Assembly: GCF_000757865.1 (NCBI RefSeq)
Contig: NZ_CP007754.1
Coordinates: forward strand, 1,680,001 to 1,712,000
DNA length: 32,000 nt
Direction: 5' to 3'
Origin: Prochlorococcus sp. MIT 0801
GTDB lineage: Bacteria > Cyanobacteriota > Cyanobacteriia > PCC-6307 > Cyanobiaceae
The notes below the pieces were generated by a model. The model had not been told where the DNA came from. It did not search any database and saw only the letters and a program-made list of their open reading frames with translations. This document shows, one piece after another, positions 28,146 through 32,000 of the stretch (its first letter is position 1; every line of letters begins with the position of its first letter). Both the position numbers and the translations under genes were made by a program.

Positions 28146-29297
28146 CTAATAATCAACTCCCCTTTTTAAATCAACTCCTTTTTCTGCATAGTGCTTGTGA
28201 CACACCATCTCAGAATGAACACTTGCTAAATCAAAATATATAGGTTGGTTTTTGCATCTTCCTGTGATGATCACCTCAGTTTCTGAAGGTTTACGAAGCA
28301 ATGTTTGAACAATAGGCTCAACTGGGAGAAGTTCCAAATCAACAGTTGGGTTTAACTCATCCAAAATCACAGTCTTATAAAGACCACTTGAAATAGCTGC
28401 CCTTGCAATTTCCCATGCTCTCTCAGCTTCTACATAATCAATTGGTTTTTGCTGCCCCCTCCAAACAATCGCATCTCTACCAGATCGAAGATGGTCCACT
28501 AGATGAGGATAACTTTCTCGAAGAGCCGCAATAGCGGCATCTTCTGTGTATCCACTACCACCCTTCAGCCATTGAAGAATTAATACTCGATGACTTTTAT
28601 CCTGACTAATTCCTCTACCGATAGCTTGTAAAGCTTTACCCAAAGCACTGGTTGATTTACCTTTCCCTTCACCGGTATATATTTCAATTCCACCAACATT
28701 ATTCTCAAAAAGAATTTCATCCTTATTGATTTCAGGTCGTCTGTGCGCTCTCATCTCAGAATGAAGTTCCGCAACTTTAATCAGAGGGTTTGGTGCCGCT
28801 CTTCCAGTGACGATGATTTCCATCCCGTTTGGTCTAGCAGTAAGTGTTTTTACAACTTCTGCAACAGGCAATAATCCTAAATCCAAAACAGGATTCAATT
28901 CGTCTAGGACAACCACTGAATATAAGGCACTAGCAATTGCCCCCTTTGCTATATCCCATCCTCTTTGAGCTTCCTGATAATCAAATTTGGTGGATTGATC
29001 GGCACTAAAAAATTCACCCCTGCCAGTACGAACTTGATCAATAAGGTGAGGGAAGCCTTGCTGCAAAGCATCAATTGCGGCATCTTCGTCATACGAGCGA
29101 CCAGGTCCTTTTAAGAATCTAAGAAGTAATACCCTTGTTTGTCTTTTCTCACATATGCCTAGACCTATAGTCCTCAGAACCACCCCCAAAGCCGCCTGGC
29201 TTTTCCCTTTGCCCTCTCCATCATAAACGTGTAATTGTCCGTGACTACGTTCCTGGCTTTCCGATGCTGTCGTAATCCCTATACCGTTTAAAACCAC
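28146..29297 (-). CDS. cobO: tandem-duplicated CobA/CobO/BtuR-like P-loop protein (cob(I)yrinic acid a,c-diamide adenosyltransferase family)
   Basis: There are two homologous halves. Each has GEGKGKS (P-loop), LLRFLKG / ILQWLKG, VLDELN and I(V/I)TGR. The second half keeps the C-terminal HSEM..HKH....GVD..RGVDY. Confidence 0.8.
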   Translation of the reverse strand: MVLNGIGITTASESQERSHGQLHVYDGEGKGKSQAALGVVLRTIGLGICEKRQTRVLLLRFLKGPGRSYDEDAAIDALQQGFPHLIDQVRTGRGEFFSADQSTKFDYQEAQRGWDIAKGAIASALYSVVVLDELNPVLDLGLLPVAEVVKTLTARPNGMEIIVTGRAAPNPLIKVAELHSEMRAHRRPEINKDEILFENNVGGIEIYTGEGKGKSTSALGKALQAIGRGISQDKSHRVLILQWLKGGSGYTEDAAIAALRESYPHLVDHLRSGRDAIVWRGQQKPIDYVEAERAWEIARAAISSGLYKTVILDELNPTVDLELLPVEPIVQTLLRKPSETEVIITGRCKNQPIYFDLASVHSEMVCHKHYAEKGVDLKRGVDY

Positions 29298-29430
29298 GAT
29301 TGATAATTCTGCTTCTTATGAATGCAACTTAACTTCTTCTACATTGGACGTCATAGAATATGCAAAATACATACACAGATGTGGGAGAGTAAAAATCTCA
29401 ATTCAATCAAATTAATGATCTTTAAAAAAA

Positions 29431-30273
29431 GTGTTTTTTAGTCAACTTGAATCTTTAACTGACTCAGAACTAAAGCAATTAAAATTGTTAAGGGAGTTTA
29501 TTAAAGACATCAATCGTGTATGTGTTGCTTTTTCTGGAGGCGTTGATAGTTCTTTAGTAGCGACAATAGCCCAAGAGCAGCTGGGTTCAAAAGCCTTTGC
29601 CGTCACTGGTGTATCGCCTTCTTTAGCTCCATATTTGCTTAAGCAAGCGCGTCTTCAAGCAGCTTGGATTGGGATTCATCATGAAGAATGCCAAACAAAT
29701 GAAATCAACGAACCAAATTACTTTAAAAATCCTGAAAATAGATGTTTTACATGCAAACAAGAATTACATAAACATTTAACTAAAATTTCAAAAACATTCC
29801 ATGATGCTCAAATCCTTGATGGTGTGAATTATGACGACCTTCACGACTTTCGACCAGGCATTAACGCATCTAAGCAAGCAGGAGTGATATCACCTCTTGC
29901 TGAACTAGAAATAGATAAAAAATCAATTCGTTCCATTTCTAAATCATTAGGTTTACCCTGGTGGGATAAACCTGCACAACCTTGTTTAGCCTCTCGTATT
30001 CCTTTTGGAGAGGAAATAAGTTCAAAAAGGCTTGAGCAGATTGCGTTAGCAGAAGAATGGATAATTAATCAAGGTTTTTCAAAAGTACGTGTAAGAAGTC
30101 AAGGTCTATCAGCCAGAATCGAATTACCCGCAAATCAAATAAATAACTTTCTTAAAATTGTTGAAAGAGACAAATTAATAAAATATTTTTTATCTTTAGG
30201 TTTCAATTCAATAAGCCTAGATCTTGAAGGTTTGATTAGTGGAAAACTCACTAGAGATATCAAGACTACTTAA
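29431..30273 (+). CDS. PP-loop ATP pyrophosphatase of the LarE / TIGR00268 family (GTG start)
   Basis: The PP-loop is VAFSGGVDSSLVA. The conserved PCLASRIPFG carries Cys185, and CFTC supplies Cys105 and Cys108. Confidence 0.75.
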   Translation: MFFSQLESLTDSELKQLKLLREFIKDINRVCVAFSGGVDSSLVATIAQEQLGSKAFAVTGVSPSLAPYLLKQARLQAAWIGIHHEECQTNEINEPNYFKNPENRCFTCKQELHKHLTKISKTFHDAQILDGVNYDDLHDFRPGINASKQAGVISPLAELEIDKKSIRSISKSLGLPWWDKPAQPCLASRIPFGEEISSKRLEQIALAEEWIINQGFSKVRVRSQGLSARIELPANQINNFLKIVERDKLIKYFLSLGFNSISLDLEGLISGKLTRDIKTT

Positions 30274-30328
30274 CAAATAAACTCAGATGTCGAGAAGATG
30301 TTGTATTGATTTTAACCTTGCATTTTAA

Positions 30329-30805
30329 TCAAGGTTCACGATGCAAAGTTTGGATTCTTGAAGGGATTTCTCTTTCGATATTTTTAAAAGAAAAGTGCTG
30401 AGCCAAAAAATTTTTAAAGAGTAACTTACAAGCTTTTTCAGGCATCGTATGGTCACCACAAGTGAAAACATCAATAGCTGCATAACCAATTTCAGGCCAA
30501 GTATGTATGGAGATATGAGATTCAGCCAATAAAGCTAGTCCTGTTACCCCCTGAGGTTTAAAGCTATGTGTGACCAAATTTAAAAGTGTTGCACCAGCAA
30601 TTTTGGCTGATGATGTGATGGTTGTCCTTATAAAAGCTTCATCATTAAGCTTCGCGTGATCGCATTGATATAGTTCAAGTATGTAATGCCTTCCAATATT
30701 CTCACTAGAATTAGTTTGTATAATGTCTATATCTTTTGACTTACAAGAGTCACCCCATCCAGGATTTGGATGCAATTCGGAAAAAAAAGGATCCATATTA
30801 TCCAA
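30329..30805 (-). CDS. speH: S-adenosylmethionine decarboxylase proenzyme (pyruvoyl-dependent, small bacterial type)
   Basis: The self-cleavage/active-site block is [26 protein letters not shown], together with [16 protein letters not shown]. The N-terminal extension is about 37 aa. Confidence 0.85.
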   Translation of the reverse strand: MDNMDPFFSELHPNPGWGDSCKSKDIDIIQTNSSENIGRHYILELYQCDHAKLNDEAFIRTTITSSAKIAGATLLNLVTHSFKPQGVTGLALLAESHISIHTWPEIGYAAIDVFTCGDHTMPEKACKLLFKNFLAQHFSFKNIEREIPSRIQTLHREP

Positions 30806-30836
30806 AAATCATTTCCACAATAACCGACGACTAGAT

Positions 30837-31937
30837 TCAACCAAAAGAATCTAATTCCATTAATTGTGAGTTTCGCACCCATTCACCTTCAAAAGATTCC
30901 ACATGTGTTGCACTGATCAAACACTGATGTTTTTGACCGACAGCCTCTAAAAGCAATAATTGACGTTTGGGGTCTAGCTCAGCCAAAACATCATCTAAAA
31001 GTAAAATTGGAGATTTGCCATAAAGTGTTTTAATTAATTCTAATTCGGCCAATTTCAAAGCCAGCACAATAGTCCTCTGCTGACCAGCAGAACCAAAGCG
31101 TCTAGCATCTACATCATTTACTAAAAACCGTACATCATCACGATGAGGACCTACTCGACAATGGCCTGTCACCTCTTCCTCTGACCTCATTTCTAAAAGT
31201 TGCCGTTCAATACTCTCCATCCAAAGCCTTTCACTCTCTTCACCTTCAAGTTTACTACCCGGCATATATGTAATATCCAATTTCTCTTTACTATTACTAA
31301 GATATTTTTGCCAGTTTGAAGCTATTGGAAGTAGACGATCTAAAATACGACTACGTCTCCGATGAATTCTTGTACTCACCAACGCCATTTGCATATCATA
31401 AGAATCCAATAGAATATTTTGATCCTTGCTCGATTCAACGCTCAAATTGCGCCAAAGCTGACTTCTTTGCCTCAGCAATCTAGAAAACCTTCCGATCAAG
31501 TCACAATAAATAGGCTCCAGTTGCTGGACAATTCTATCTAACCAATTTCTTCTAAGAGAAGGTTCTCCTCTAATTAATTCTAGATCCAGAGCACTAAAGC
31601 CTACGCTTCTCATCGGTCCAATCAAATCAATTTGACGAGTTAAAAGTTTTTCATTTTTGTAGGCTTTTCTACCACCTTTTCTATTTAATTCTAAGGAAAG
31701 TTTTTGATCATCTTCAATCATTGCAGATAAGAAAGCCTGATCTTGGTCCCAAAAAATTAAATCCTGGTTCCGATTCGATCGGTGAGAACGTAAACTAGAT
31801 AAAAGTTCTACTGATTCAAGAAGATTAGATTTACCAACTCCATTTTGGCCTATAACTATCAACCGATTTTCAGTTAACTCAAACTGAAAACGTCGATAAT
31901 TTCGAAAATTATTAAGTTCTAACTGATGAAGTTGAAT
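30837..31937 (-). CDS. recF: DNA replication and repair protein RecF (start probably upstream of the track's TTG; ATT candidate at 31937)
   Basis: The Walker A motif is [12 protein letters not shown], the SMC-like signature is SAGQQRT, and the Walker B motif is [12 protein letters not shown]. The same frame stays open upstream of 31862 and encodes [26 protein letters not shown], the conserved RecF N-terminal strand (L.L.NFRNY). Confidence 0.85.
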   Translation of the reverse strand: MQLHQLELNNFRNYRRFQFELTENRLIVIGQNGVGKSNLLESVELLSSLRSHRSNRNQDLIFWDQDQAFLSAMIEDDQKLSLELNRKGGRKAYKNEKLLTRQIDLIGPMRSVGFSALDLELIRGEPSLRRNWLDRIVQQLEPIYCDLIGRFSRLLRQRSQLWRNLSVESSKDQNILLDSYDMQMALVSTRIHRRRSRILDRLLPIASNWQKYLSNSKEKLDITYMPGSKLEGEESERLWMESIERQLLEMRSEEEVTGHCRVGPHRDDVRFLVNDVDARRFGSAGQQRTIVLALKLAELELIKTLYGKSPILLLDDVLAELDPKRQLLLLEAVGQKHQCLISATHVESFEGEWVRNSQLMELDSFG

Positions 31938-32000
31938 GTTTCTTTATGTATTTTGTATGTAAGCTAATTTTAATAAGGTCTCAGCATTTGACCTTTTTTT

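Noticed and set aside
29298-29430. A possible cobalamin riboswitch upstream of the CobA/CobO-like gene.
   Set aside because: The region is only 133 nt, AT-rich, and has no B12-box-like GCCACTG element or GC-rich helices. It is too short for the aptamer.
30314-30336. The AACCTTG-N9-CAAGGTT hairpin between the LarE-like gene and speH, considered as a terminator.
   Set aside because: No U-tract follows the stem on either strand, and the 3' arm overlaps the speH stop codon and last codons. The evidence is insufficient.
1-32000. A search for CRISPR arrays, IS or transposon ends, integrases, long tandem repeats and compositional islands.
   Set aside because: None was seen. Coding density is very high and every ORF above about 80 aa has a housekeeping or conserved-cyanobacterial identity. 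By eye there is no abrupt GC shift, but I could not compute one.

Overview
This window looks like core chromosome from a low-GC marine picocyanobacterium, probably Prochlorococcus. That assignment is an inference from the AT-richness, very short spacers, and the cyanobacteria-specific genes ndhN, ldpA and a CAAD/CurT-like gene. Bases 149-16648 form one uninterrupted minus-strand block of 31 genes. It is the fused S10/spc/alpha ribosomal-protein cluster (rplC to rplQ, including secY, adk, rpmJ and rpoA), continuing into truA-rplM-rpsI-rpmE-prfA. rpmJ (38 codons) is absent from the supplied ORF track and was found by hand. The right half (17.0-32.0 kb) holds mixed-orientation housekeeping genes: ndhN-ldpA, tRNA-Gln, a HAD hydrolase, recA, a small membrane protein, a DinG-like protein with no ATPase motifs, tyrA, a CrtD/CrtISO-family oxidoreductase and a fructosamine-kinase-family protein. 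It continues with a CAAD membrane protein, a JAMM/MPN protease plus an E1-like MoeB/ThiF-rhodanese enzyme, a tandemly duplicated CobA/CobO-like P-loop protein, a LarE-like PP-loop protein, speH and recF. I see no rRNA, CRISPR array, transposase, integrase, phage module or obvious defence island. No clearly new system is visible. The most system-like candidate is the 26.4-30.3 kb neighbourhood of JAMM, E1-rhodanese, double CobA-like and 3-Cys LarE-like genes, and any functional link among them is speculative. Smaller oddities read directly from the sequence are a Cys-less (Zn-independent type) L36 in the canonical operon slot, a recF whose conserved N-terminus has no canonical start codon (ATT candidate), a LexA-box-like site upstream of recA, and a tRNA-Gln 13 nt upstream of a CDS.
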